From an uncultured Acidobacteriota bacterium (GTDB taxonomy: Bacteria; Acidobacteriota; Vicinamibacteria; Vicinamibacterales; Vicinamibacteraceae), in the NCBI GenBank assembly GCA_963715265.1, contig CAVQRQ010000012.1, forward strand, positions 7,387-71,386: DNA of 64,000 bases. The letters run 5' to 3'. Of this stretch, positions 49,950 through 63,279 are shown piece after piece. The notes below the pieces were generated by a model. That model saw only the letters and a program-made list of their open reading frames with translations. It made no database searches and had not been told where the DNA came from. The number at the start of each line of letters is the position of its first letter. Position 1 is the stretch's first letter. Both the position numbers and the translations under genes were made by a program.

Positions 49950-51758
49950 ATGGCCGACGCTCCTGCTCCGAAGCCGCCGTCTGACCGCGACCTCGCCTCC
50001 ATGGCCGAGGCCCGCGCACTCGCGCGCGCGGCACGCGCGGCTCAGGCTCAGCTGGCCGAACTCCCGCAGGAACGCATCGACGCCATCGTCGATGCGATGG
50101 CCGCGGCCGTCCGGCCCCAGGTCGAGGCGCTGGCCCGCATGGCCTGCGAGGAAACCGGGTTCGGCGTGGTGGCAGACAAGGTCACCAAGAACCGGTTCGC
50201 CGCAGAACGGGTGTACGAGTTCATCCGGCCCATGCGGACGGTCGGCGTGTTGCGGCGAGACGAGGCCCGCAAGCTGATCGAGATCGCCGAGCCGTTCGGG
50301 CCGGTCGCGGCCATCGTGCCGTCGACCAACCCGACCTCGACGGCCATCTACAAGATCCTGATTGCCCTCAAGGCCCGCTGCGCGATCGTCATCAGCCCGC
50401 ATCCCTCGGCCGCACGCTGCATCAGCCACACCGCAGAGATCATGGCGGCGGCGGCCGCCAGGGCCGGCGCCCCGGCCGGCAGCATCGGCTGGATGACCAC
50501 GGTGACGCTCGAGGGGACGCAGGAGCTGATGCGCCAGCGGGAAATCGCCGTCATCCTGGCGACGGGCGGCCTCGGGCTCGTGCGCGCCGCCTATTCCGCC
50601 GGCAAGCCCGCCTATGGCGTCGGGCCTGGGAACGCGCCGTGCTACGTCCACGCGAGTGCGGACGTGGCCAAGGCCGCGAGCGACATCCTGATCGGCAAGA
50701 CCTTCGACAACGGCCTGCTCTGCTCGTCGTCCAACTCCATCGTGGCCGACAGGGCCATCGACGCGCGCCTGAAGGCTGAACTCGGCGCGCGGGGCGGGCA
50801 CTTCGTCACGAGCGACGAGGCGCGCACCCTCGCCGCGGCGCTGGTCACGCCCCAGCGGCTGCCCAATCCCGCGCTGGTCGGGCGGTCGGCCCTGGACATC
50901 GCCCAGGCTGTCGGCCTCAGCGTTCCGCCCGGCACGCGCGCGCTCATCGCCGTCCTCGATGGCGTCGGGCGCGACCATCCCCTGTCCATCGAGAAGCTCT
51001 GCCCGGTGCTGTCCTACTACGTCGTGGACGACTGGCGCGCCGGGTGCGAGCGCTGCAAGGAAATCCTCCGCTACGGCGGGATGGGGCACACCATGTCGGT
51101 CCATGCCACCGACGACCAGATCGTTCTCGAGTTCGGCCTGCACAAGCCGGCATTCCGCATCGTCGTCAACACGCCCACGACCCACGGGTCCGTGGGCCTG
51201 ACAACCGGGCTCGACCCGGCGCTGACGCTCGGCTGTGGCGGCTATGGCGGCAACATCACGTCGGACAACATCTCCCCGCTGCACCTGCTCAACATCAAGC
51301 GCGTCGCCTACGAACTGACGCCGGCAGTGGCGCCTGCCCCCCAGACCATGGCCACGTCTCCCGCGCCACCTGCAGGCGGCTCGAGCCTCAGGCCCGCCGT
51401 GGCCGAACGCGTCCGTACGCTCGACGCGGGCACGCTCTCGTCCCGGATCGACCGCTTCCTGGCCACCAGGGGCATCACGACCGACACGGTGCTGGTGCTC
51501 GGCTCCGCGGCGATACCGAGCGCCGGTCCGGCGCCGACTCTCGTCGCCTCGCCGCCCCCGGCGAGCGAGCGGCAGGCGGCTGACGCCGCCAGGGCGGGCG
51601 AACTGGAGAGCGCCGGCCCTGCTGTCGATTTCGTGTGCGAAGACGACGTGCGGCAGGCCCTCAGACAGAGTCGCCGCATCCGGCTGGCACCGCGGGCGAT
51701 CGTCACCCCGGCGGCGCGGGATCTGGGTGACGCACACGCCCTGTTCATCGAGGCGTAG
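49950..51758 (+). CDS. CoA-acylating aldehyde dehydrogenase (EutE/PduP-like) with long C-terminal extension
   Basis: PSTNPTST, ILATGG, GVGPGN, FDNGLLCSS catalytic Cys, EKLCPVL, TLGCG. Confidence 0.9.
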   Translation: MADAPAPKPPSDRDLASMAEARALARAARAAQAQLAELPQERIDAIVDAMAAAVRPQVEALARMACEETGFGVVADKVTKNRFAAERVYEFIRPMRTVGVLRRDEARKLIEIAEPFGPVAAIVPSTNPTSTAIYKILIALKARCAIVISPHPSAARCISHTAEIMAAAAARAGAPAGSIGWMTTVTLEGTQELMRQREIAVILATGGLGLVRAAYSAGKPAYGVGPGNAPCYVHASADVAKAASDILIGKTFDNGLLCSSSNSIVADRAIDARLKAELGARGGHFVTSDEARTLAAALVTPQRLPNPALVGRSALDIAQAVGLSVPPGTRALIAVLDGVGRDHPLSIEKLCPVLSYYVVDDWRAGCERCKEILRYGGMGHTMSVHATDDQIVLEFGLHKPAFRIVVNTPTTHGSVGLTTGLDPALTLGCGGYGGNITSDNISPLHLLNIKRVAYELTPAVAPAPQTMATSPAPPAGGSSLRPAVAERVRTLDAGTLSSRIDRFLATRGITTDTVLVLGSAAIPSAGPAPTLVASPPPASERQAADAARAGELESAGPAVDFVCEDDVRQALRQSRRIRLAPRAIVTPAARDLGDAHALFIEA

Positions 51759-51785
51759 CAGTCCCGGGGGCGTCACACCGTTGTC

Positions 51786-51815
51786 TTGACCCGACTCCCC
51801 AGCGGGTGCTACCTT
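51786..51815 (+). promoter_or_regulatory. Putative sigma70 promoter of the mltD-like gene
   Basis: TTGACC, 18 bp, TACCTT with extended TGn. Confidence 0.5.
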
Positions 51816-52004
51816 CCGCGGGTCCGCCGAGCGGTCGCCCGTTGATCCAAGGCAATGGATCTCAGTCCGAATCATCGGACCCTAACTTCGTTCGCAGGTT
51901 TCGGCCTGCAGGGATTACCTGACCGGCTCGCTCCCCTCCCGGTGCGAGCCACCCGCTGGTCGAGGGTCTTCGGTTCACCCCCGGTCCGGCAGGGGAGCGC
52001 CCAT

Positions 52005-53724
52005 ATGCGACGAACGTTCGGGCTGCCCATTGCAGTCCTCCTGCTCTCGGCGGCCTGCAGCCGTCACCCCGCGCCTCAGGTGGCCGCGACGCCGGTCCCC
52101 GCGGCCCAGCCGCCGGCACTCGCGCCGGCCGTGCCGGCAGTTCCCATCGATGTTGACCCCACGGCGGCACTGATGGCCGACGCCGACCGCCTGTTTGCCC
52201 TCGGCGAGCGCGAGTTGACTCTCGGTCACCTCGAACAGGCCCGCGTCGCGTTCGATCGGTCCCTGGACGTCCTGCTCGAGGCCCCGCAGGGCGCCCGCGT
52301 GCGATCCGAGGCTGCGAACCCATTTCGACCGACTGGTCGACCGCATTGCCGCCCACGAAACGCTCGCACTGCAGAAGGGCGATGGCTTCACGGAGAAGCC
52401 GTCCGAGCCGGCTGCCATCGATCAGTTGCTGGAGGTGGCGACGTTCGCCGCCACGGAGCCGACGGGGCGCGCCGTCGAGGAAGCGGTTCAGCTCGACCTC
52501 GCCCGGACGTCCCACGACATTCCCATTCCCCTGAACGACCGCGTCCTGCACTACGTGGGGCTGTTCCAGGGTCGCCTGCGCGACTTCCTTGCCGGCGGCC
52601 TGGAGCGTGGGAGCCGATACCTCCCGATGGTGCAGAGCGTGTTCCGAGCCGAGGGCGTCCCGCTCGACCTGGCCTACGTGCCGCTCATCGAGAGCGCCTT
52701 CAAGCCCACGGCTCTGTCGCGTGCCAGCGCGAGGGGCATGTGGCAGTTCATGCGCGGCACGGCTGGCGATTTCGGCCTCAAGCAGGACTGGTACATCGAC
52801 GAGCGCGCGGACCCCGAGAAGGCCACGCGCGCGGCGGCTCGTTACTTCAAACAGCTCTACGGCATGTTCTCGGACTGGCACCTGGCGATGGCGTCCTACA
52901 ACGGAGGGCCGGGCCGCGTCCAGCGCGCCATGAGGGCGGCGCGGCTCGGCGATTTCTGGGAGCTGACGGCGACGGATCGCTATCTGCCCCGTGAGACCCG
53001 CGAGTACGTGCCGATGATCCTGGCCGCCGTGATCATCGCCAAGAACCCGACGCAGTACGGGTTCGAGGCCCCGCCGATCGAGGCGCTGACCTACGACAAG
53101 GTGGAGGTGACATCGGCCGTCGACCTCCGGCGCGTGGCCGAGTGGACGGGCGCCTCCATCGATGAGATCCAGGCCCTCAATCCCGAACTGCGACGGTGGA
53201 CGACCCCCTTGCGGTTCGACAGATACGAGGTCAAGGTACCTGCGGGCACCGGTGACCAGTTCTCGGCCCGCCTCGCGGCGGCCGGCCCGTCCGAGCTGTC
53301 GGCGTTCCGCTTCCACACGGTCCGTCGCCGTGAATCGCTGGCCTCGATCGCCCGCAAGTTGGGCGTCTCACGCACGGATCTGGCGCAGGCCAACGGTCTG
53401 TCCGCCCGCGCCGCCGTCCGCTCCGGCCAGCGCCTGCTCATTCCACGGGCGCCAGCCGCGCCCCTGCTGGCCAGCGCCACCAGGCCCACAGGACCCGAGG
53501 CCTCGCCTGCCACGGGGGTTGCCAGTCGGGCGAGCGCCTCAGCCACCGACGATGCCGACGTGCGGGTGCATCGGGTCAAGCGCGGCGAGACCCTGTATGC
53601 CATCGCCAATGCCTACGATGTGACCGTCGCCGACCTCCGGGCCTGGAACCGGCTGAAGTCGAGCCGGCTCGACATCGGCGACAGGCTGACGATTCGAACG
53701 GCGCGCACGCGCGCCGCCCAGTAG
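52005..53724 (+). CDS. mltD: MltD-like lytic transglycosylase lipoprotein with LysM domains, frameshifted near 52310
   Basis: Lipobox LSAAC, IESAF, GMWQFM, ASYNGG, ETREYVP, two LysM repeats; the N-terminal part is in a different frame. Confidence 0.85.
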
Positions 53725-53976
53725 CCCAGTCGCGCCACGACCGGACGGGTCGCCCGCGGCCTTCCGCCGCCTGTCTTCGCCGCCGTCGCTTGTCGCTTCT
53801 CGTTCGTAGCCGACGACCTGCCGGTCGCCGGCTGCAAAGTCGACGGATCGCGGGTTCTGCCACTCGCGTGCCGCCCGACGCTGGCAGATTCTGCACGCCT
53901 GGCTGAGGCGTCCACGTATTCCGCTCGCATTTCTTGGCGCTTTCCCCGCTCGGATGGTGTCCCACTCCTTGCAGTG

Positions 53977-55476
53977 ATGAAGGCCGTGCTGGCCTTCACC
54001 TTCACGGGGGCGCTCGTTGGTGTCACGGCGGAACTCGTGCGCGTCGAGGCCGACGTCAGTGCCGGGCTTCCGGGATTCACGATCGTGGGCTTGCCCGACG
54101 CCAGCGTCCGCGAGAGCCGCGACCGCGTCCGCAGCGCCATCCGCAGCGCCGGACTGGAGTTTCCACCTCATCGCATCACGGTGAACCTCTCCCCCGCCGA
54201 CCTCCGGAAGGCCGGCAGCAGCTTCGATCTGCCAATCGCCCTCGCCGTGCTGGCCGCGACGGGGCAACTGTCGCCTGACCTGCTGGCGAGGGCCGTGGTG
54301 GTCGGGGAACTGGCCCTCGATGGGCGCGCGCTTCCCTGCCGGGGCGTCCTGCCGACGGCACTCGCTTCCCGTACCTCGCAGGTCGACGTCCTCGTCGTAC
54401 CGCGCGGGAATGTGCCGGAGGCCCGCCTCGTCCCGGGCGTCGACGTTCGAGGCGCCGACTCTCTGGTCGACGCGCTGCGGGTGCTCCGGCGGCCCGATCC
54501 CGACACGGCCGCGCCCGCTGGTGCGCCAGTTGCCGCAGGCCAGGCTCCAGACCTCGCGGACGTGCACGGACAGGCTCTGGCCCGCCGGGCGCTGGAGATC
54601 GGCGCGGCAGGCCATCACAACCTGCTCTTCAGCGGACCGCCGGGCGCGGGAAAGTCGATGCTGGCCAGGCGGCTGCCGGAACTGCTCCCGCCCTGGACGT
54701 TCGACGAGGCCCTGGAGGCAACGGCGGTTCACTCGGCCGCGGGCCTCGTGCCGGCCGGCGGTGGGCTGCTACCGATGCGGCCGTTCCGGGCCCCTCACCA
54801 CACGGTATCCACAGCGGCGCTCATCGGCGGCGGCCCCCAGCCCCGCCCAGGCGAAGTGAGCCTCGCCCATCACGGGGTCCTCCTGCTCGATGAGTTACCC
54901 GAATTCGAACGGCGGACGCTCGACGTGCTCCGACAACCGCTCGAGGACGGCGTGGTCCACCTCGCCCGCGCGTCCCGGCATGTCACGTTCCCGTCGGCGT
55001 TCCTGCTCGTTGCCGCGATGAACCCCTGTCCGTGCGGGTATCACGGGCACCCCAGGCGGTCCTGTCGCTGCCGCCCCGGCGAAGCCGAACGGTACGCGTC
55101 GCGCCTGTCGGGTCCTCTGCTGGACCGGATTGACCTGTCGGTCAGGGTGCCTCCCGTCGACCCGGAGTCGCTCGCCGGGCCGCGGCCGGCGCCGGAGGCC
55201 ACGGCGGCTGTCAAGACGCGCGTCGCTGCCGCGCGACGGCGGCAGATGGCTCGCCAGGCCATGGTCAACAGCCGACTGCCTGGCGCGGAGTTGGAGGCCC
55301 TGCGTCGCGATCCGGCGCTCACGCCCCTCCTCGCCCGCGCCGTGACGCGGCTCGACCTCAGTGCGCGGGCCGTCGACCGGTTGCTGCGGGTGTCGCTGAC
55401 CATTGCCGACCTTGCCGGAGCCGAGTCCGTCGACGCGACCCACCTCGCCGAGGCTCTGCAGTTCCGCCCGTGGTAG
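53977..55476 (+). CDS. comM: ComM/YifB Mg-chelatase-like AAA+ ATPase
   Basis: VGLPDASVRESRDRV, NLSPADLRK, GPPGAGKSM, RAPHH, AMNPCPCG, SGPLLDRID. Confidence 0.92.
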   Translation: MKAVLAFTFTGALVGVTAELVRVEADVSAGLPGFTIVGLPDASVRESRDRVRSAIRSAGLEFPPHRITVNLSPADLRKAGSSFDLPIALAVLAATGQLSPDLLARAVVVGELALDGRALPCRGVLPTALASRTSQVDVLVVPRGNVPEARLVPGVDVRGADSLVDALRVLRRPDPDTAAPAGAPVAAGQAPDLADVHGQALARRALEIGAAGHHNLLFSGPPGAGKSMLARRLPELLPPWTFDEALEATAVHSAAGLVPAGGGLLPMRPFRAPHHTVSTAALIGGGPQPRPGEVSLAHHGVLLLDELPEFERRTLDVLRQPLEDGVVHLARASRHVTFPSAFLLVAAMNPCPCGYHGHPRRSCRCRPGEAERYASRLSGPLLDRIDLSVRVPPVDPESLAGPRPAPEATAAVKTRVAAARRRQMARQAMVNSRLPGAELEALRRDPALTPLLARAVTRLDLSARAVDRLLRVSLTIADLAGAESVDATHLAEALQFRPW

Positions 55477-55526
55477 ACTGCCCCCTTGCCTCGGACAGGC
55501 GCCGGCCGGTGCCCGTCCCCACTCGC

Positions 55527-56432
55527 ATGCTCTCAACGCGGTACACCATCGTCATCGCCAATCGGCAAACCGGCGTGGTCCGTCGGCTCACGATCTCGCT
55601 TCGGCCCCTGGTCGTGGTGGCCGTCCTCGTGTGCGCCCTGCCGCTGCTGATGTCCCTGGGCGCCGCGCGCAAGGCCGCCTGGCAGCGCCTCGCGCTCGAG
55701 GCGGAGATCGGCGCCCTGCGGCTCGAAAACGACGCGATTCGCTCGTCGACCGTGGAGTTGACGAGTCAGATCACGTCCCTCCAGTCAGCGGTGGACGGGC
55801 TGGAGCAACTCACGCCCAGTGCGACAGAGCGTGCCGCGATGGCGCGCTTGCCGCGGCGCGTCCAGCAGACGGCGCTCGGGGGGCTCTCGCCGGCCGCCGC
55901 GCGGGCGGCAGTCGCCGGGCCGCCATCGGCACCCGACGCCGTGGGCATCGTGAAACAGATCCTGCGCGCGCTGGAGGCTCAACTCGAGACGGCGCGCCCG
56001 CGCTTCGAGCGCAGGGCCGCTCTGGCGAGGGCCACACCAGCCATCTGGCCGGCCCTTGGGCCGCTGACCTCACCGTTTGGCACCCGCCGGGACCCGTTCA
56101 CGGCGGCCGCGAGCCTGCACCCGGGCCTGGACGTCGACCTCGAGGCCGGCGACCCGGTCCACACCACGGCCGACGGCGTCGTCGTCGAGGCCAGATACCA
56201 CCCTGAGTACGGCAACCTGGTGCGGGTGTCGCACGGGTTCGGGATCGAAACACGTTACGCGCATCTGTCGGCGTTCACCGTGCGGCCCGGCGCGGCGGTC
56301 ACCCGCGGCCAGGTCGTGGGGCAGGCCGGCTCGACGGGACGTTCGACGGGAACCCACCTGCACTACGAGGTGTGGATCGACGGACGTGCCGTGAACCCCT
56401 TGCAGTTCCTCGTCGCGCGCGACGCGTCCTAG
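55527..56432 (+). CDS. M23-family metallopeptidase
   Basis: TM plus coiled coil, HPGLD, YAHL, STGRSTGTHLHYEV. Confidence 0.9.
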   Translation: MLSTRYTIVIANRQTGVVRRLTISLRPLVVVAVLVCALPLLMSLGAARKAAWQRLALEAEIGALRLENDAIRSSTVELTSQITSLQSAVDGLEQLTPSATERAAMARLPRRVQQTALGGLSPAAARAAVAGPPSAPDAVGIVKQILRALEAQLETARPRFERRAALARATPAIWPALGPLTSPFGTRRDPFTAAASLHPGLDVDLEAGDPVHTTADGVVVEARYHPEYGNLVRVSHGFGIETRYAHLSAFTVRPGAAVTRGQVVGQAGSTGRSTGTHLHYEVWIDGRAVNPLQFLVARDAS

Positions 56433-56573
56433 CCCGTGACACGTCCGGGCCTCAGCGACCGGACATGTGGGCCTTGCGCCGGACGGCCGCGCAGGGTTGC
56501 CTCGTCCGGTTCCCTTCCCTACAATCGAACGATCGCAGTGCCCGCTTCCGGGCGCGCCATCTGGTAGTCACCT

Positions 56574-59657
<3,084 letters not shown>

Positions 59658-59744
59658 CCACGGTCGTACGCCACGCCCTGCCTGATCCCGACATCACGAG
59701 GCCGACGTTCGTCGGCCTTTCGCGTCCTCACGCGCCTCACGCCC

Positions 59745-61287
59745 ATGACCACGGACACCCTCGCCGCCCTCTCGCCCGCTGAACAAGTGGAGCGTGGCCT
59801 GCAGACCGCGCTCACCTTCGACGACGTCCTCCTCGTACCGCAGCGGTCGGAGATCCTGCCGAGTCAGGTGGACGTGTCGTCCCGGTTCACGCGCAACATC
59901 CGGCTGAACGTGCCCCTGGCCAGCGCCGCCATGGACACGGTCACCGAGGCGAGCCTGGCCATCGCCCTGGCGCAGCAGGGCGGCATCGGCATCATCCACA
60001 AGAACCTGCCGATCGAGGAGCAGGCCGACGAGGTCGACCGGGTCAAGCGCTCCGAGAGCGGGATGATCGTCGACCCCATCACGCTGTCGCCGGACGCACT
60101 CGATCGCCGAGGCGCTCGAGCTGATGGCGAAGTACCGGATCTCGGGCGTGCCCATCACCGAGGACGGCAGCAAGGAGGGCCGGCTGGTCGGCATCCTCAC
60201 CAACCGCGACCTGCGCTTCGAGACGCGACCTCGAACGCCGATCGCGGAGATCATGACGCAGCGAGAACCTGGTTACGGTTCCGGTCGGCACCACGCTCGA
60301 TCAGGCGCAGGACATCCTGCACACGCACAAGATCGAGAAGCTGCTGGTCGTCGACGCACGACTACCGGCTCAAGGGGCTGATCACCGTCAAGGACATCCA
60401 GAAGGCCATCAAGTACCCCTCGGCCTGCAAGGACGACCTCGGACGGCTCCGCGTGGGCGCGGCCGTGGGCATCGCCAAGGACACGCTCGAACGGGCCGAC
60501 GCGCTCGTCGCGGCCAGGCGTCGACGTGCTGGTCATCGACACGGCGCACGGCCACTCGGCAGGCGTCATCGAGATCGTCCGGCGCCTGCGCAAGACGTTC
60601 CCCGGAGTCGACCTCATCGCCGGCAACGTCGCCACGGGCGCGGCAGCCGAGGACCTCATCGATGCCGGCGTCGATGCCGTGAAGGTCGGCATCGGGCCCG
60701 GCTCGATCTGCACCACGCGGGTCGTCGCCGGGATCGGGCGTGCCGCAGGTCACGGCCATCGCCGAGTGCTGCGCGCGCGGCGCGCGCACACGGCGTGCCC
60801 GTCATCGCCGACGGCGGCATCCGCTATTCCGGCGACATCACCAAGGCCATCGCCGTCGGCGCGCAGCACCGTGATGATCGGCAGTCTGTTCGCGGGCACC
60901 GACGAGAGCCCCGGCGAGATCATCCTCTACCAGGGACGCTCCTTCAAGGAATACCGCGGCATGGGATCGATCGGCGCGATGCGCAAGGGCTCACGCGACC
61001 GGTACTTCCAGGACGAGTTCGAGCTGAACGTCGTGACGGGCGAAGGCACCGACAAGCTGGTCCCCGAAGGAATCGAGGGCCGCGTGGCGCACAAGGGTTC
61101 CGTCGCTGCCATCGTGCACCAGCTGGTCGGTGGACTGCGCGCCGGCATGGGGTACTGCGGCTGCCGCAGCATCGAGGTCCTGCAGCGGGATGCGCAGCTG
61201 ATTCGCGTCACACCCGCCGGGCAGCGCGAGAGCCACGTCCACGACGTGATCATCACGAAGGAGAGCCCGAACTACCGCCGGGAGTAG
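59745..61287 (+). CDS. guaB: IMP dehydrogenase with CBS pair (multiple frameshifts)
   Basis: [51 protein letters not shown] spread across frames. Confidence 0.9.
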
Positions 61288-61401
61288 CGCGCCGCGGAGC
61301 CGCATCAGCATCTCCAGGCGAGGCCCCCGGCCCTGCGAGCGCGACCCGTCGAGGCCGGCCCACCGAAGCCGGAACCCTGAACCCGGTCTAGAATGCCCGG
61401 T

Positions 61402-62292
61402 ATGCCTCGCTACCTCCCCTCTCTCGGTCTGTGTCTCCTCGCGCTGGGCGTCGCCGTGTCGGCGACGCAGCCTTCAGCGCCTCGTCAACTCCGCATCATC
61501 GCGTTCGGGGCCCATCCCGACGACGCCGAGCTGAAGGCCGCCGGCGTGGCCTCCCTGTGGGCCGCGCAGGGCCACAAGGTCAAGTTCGTCGCCGCGACCA
61601 ACGGCGACATCGGGCACTTCAGCCAGGCGGGCGGCCCGTTGGCCATCAGGCGCACCAAGGAAGTCCAGGAGTGCGCCCGCATCATGGGCATCACGACGGA
61701 CGTCCTCGACATCCATGACGGGGAACTCGAGCCGAGCCTCGAGTACCGCAAGCAGTTCGCGCGCAAGATCCGCGACTGGCAGGCCGACATCGTGATGGGC
61801 CATCGGCCGTACGACTACCATCCCGACCACCGGTACGTGGGCGTCCTGCTCAACGACACGGCTGTCGTCGTCGGCGCTGCGTTCTTCGTCCCCGATACGC
61901 CGCCGACCCAGGGCAACCCGATCTACCTGAACTACTCGGACAATTTCGTCGACCCCAAGCCCTTCGAGCCGAGCGTCGTGGTCGACATCGACGCCGTCGC
62001 CGAAAAGAAGTGGGCCTGCGTGAGCGCGATGCCGTCGCAGTTCGGCGATGCCGACTCGTGGCAGGGCCGCACGCGTCCCGACGTGCCCAAGGACGACGCC
62101 AAGCGTCCGGCGTACCTTCTCGAACTCGCCAAGCAACGCACCGCCGCCGTTGCCGATCAGTACCGCGCGCAGCTCATCGCCCGCTACGGGCAGGAGCGCG
62201 GCTCGAAGGTGAAGTACGCCGAGGCATTCCAACTCAATCAGTACGGGCGGCAGGTCAAGCCGGAAGTCCTCGGCGAGATGTTCCCGAAGTGA
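61402..62292 (+). CDS. PIG-L/LmbE-family deacetylase with signal peptide (copy 1)
   Basis: GAHPDD and DYHPDH zinc motifs, AEAF; hydrophobic N-terminus. Confidence 0.88.
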   Translation: MPRYLPSLGLCLLALGVAVSATQPSAPRQLRIIAFGAHPDDAELKAAGVASLWAAQGHKVKFVAATNGDIGHFSQAGGPLAIRRTKEVQECARIMGITTDVLDIHDGELEPSLEYRKQFARKIRDWQADIVMGHRPYDYHPDHRYVGVLLNDTAVVVGAAFFVPDTPPTQGNPIYLNYSDNFVDPKPFEPSVVVDIDAVAEKKWACVSAMPSQFGDADSWQGRTRPDVPKDDAKRPAYLLELAKQRTAAVADQYRAQLIARYGQERGSKVKYAEAFQLNQYGRQVKPEVLGEMFPK

Positions 62293-63188
62293 GGCTCCCG
62301 ACTGTGCGACCGTGGGCTGTCGGCGTCGCGCTGCTGGCCTGCGGTGTGGGGGCAACGGCCACGCAGCCGGCCGCGCCCGGGCCGCTGCGCATCATCGTCT
62401 TCGGCGCGCACCCGGACGATGCCGAGATCCAGGCCGCCGGTGTCGCCACGCTCTGGGCGGCCCAGGGGCACAAGGTCAAGTTCGTGTCGGCCACCAACGG
62501 CGACATCGGACACTTCAGCCAGGCCGGAGGACCGCTCGCCATCCGCCGGACGGCCGAGGTGGAGGCGTGCGCCCGGATCCTCGGCATCACGACCGACGTC
62601 CTCGACATCCATGACGGCGAACTCGAGCCGAATCTCGAGACGCGGAAGGCGTTTGCCCGGAAGATTCGTGAGTGGCAGGCCGACATCGTCATCGGCCACC
62701 GGCCGTACGACTACCACCCGGATCACCGGTACGTCGGCGTCCTGCTCAACGACACGGCCGTCGTGGTCGGCGCGCCGTTCTTCGTGCCGGATACCCCGCC
62801 CACGCGGGGCAACCCGGTCTACCTCAATTCGGCCGACGGCTTCGCGACGCCGCGCCCGTTCGTCCCGAGCGTCGTGGTGGACATCGACGCCGTCGCGGAC
62901 AAGAAGTTTCAGTGCATCTCCGCGATGCCGTCACAGTTTGCCGACGCCGATTCCTGGCAGGGCCGCACGCTGCCGAACATGCCGGCCGACGAGGCCGGGC
63001 GCAAGGCGTACATCCTCGAGACCGTGAAGGGATGGCTTGCTGCGGCGGCCGACGAGCATCGCGCACACCTCATCGCCCGGTACGGACAGGAGCGGGGCTC
63101 GAAAGTCCGGTATGCCGAAGCCTTCCAGGTGAACCAGTACGGCCGACAGGTGCGGCCGGAGGAACTCGAAAGCCTCGTGCCCCGGTAG
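62289..63188 (+). CDS. PIG-L/LmbE-family deacetylase with signal peptide (copy 2)
   Basis: Same motifs as copy 1; GTGA overlap with the copy 1 stop. Confidence 0.88.
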   Translation: MRLPTVRPWAVGVALLACGVGATATQPAAPGPLRIIVFGAHPDDAEIQAAGVATLWAAQGHKVKFVSATNGDIGHFSQAGGPLAIRRTAEVEACARILGITTDVLDIHDGELEPNLETRKAFARKIREWQADIVIGHRPYDYHPDHRYVGVLLNDTAVVVGAPFFVPDTPPTRGNPVYLNSADGFATPRPFVPSVVVDIDAVADKKFQCISAMPSQFADADSWQGRTLPNMPADEAGRKAYILETVKGWLAAAADEHRAHLIARYGQERGSKVRYAEAFQVNQYGRQVRPEELESLVPR

Positions 63189-63255
63189 CACACGCCTCGC
63201 CCCGTTACGTCCCTGTTGAGGGCGGGCGTCGGCAGGCGGACCGCGATTTCCGCAG

Positions 63256-63279
63256 GGGCCGGGCTCGGAGAGCCGGCCC
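63256..63279. terminator. Probable terminator hairpin between convergent genes
   Basis: GGGCCGGGCTC-GGA-GAGCCGGCCC stem-loop with one bulge. Confidence 0.45.

Noticed and set aside
49632-51758. Calling the BMC genes an eut or pdu operon
   Set aside because: No eutBC, pduCDE or other signature enzyme is in the window, so the substrate cannot be assigned.
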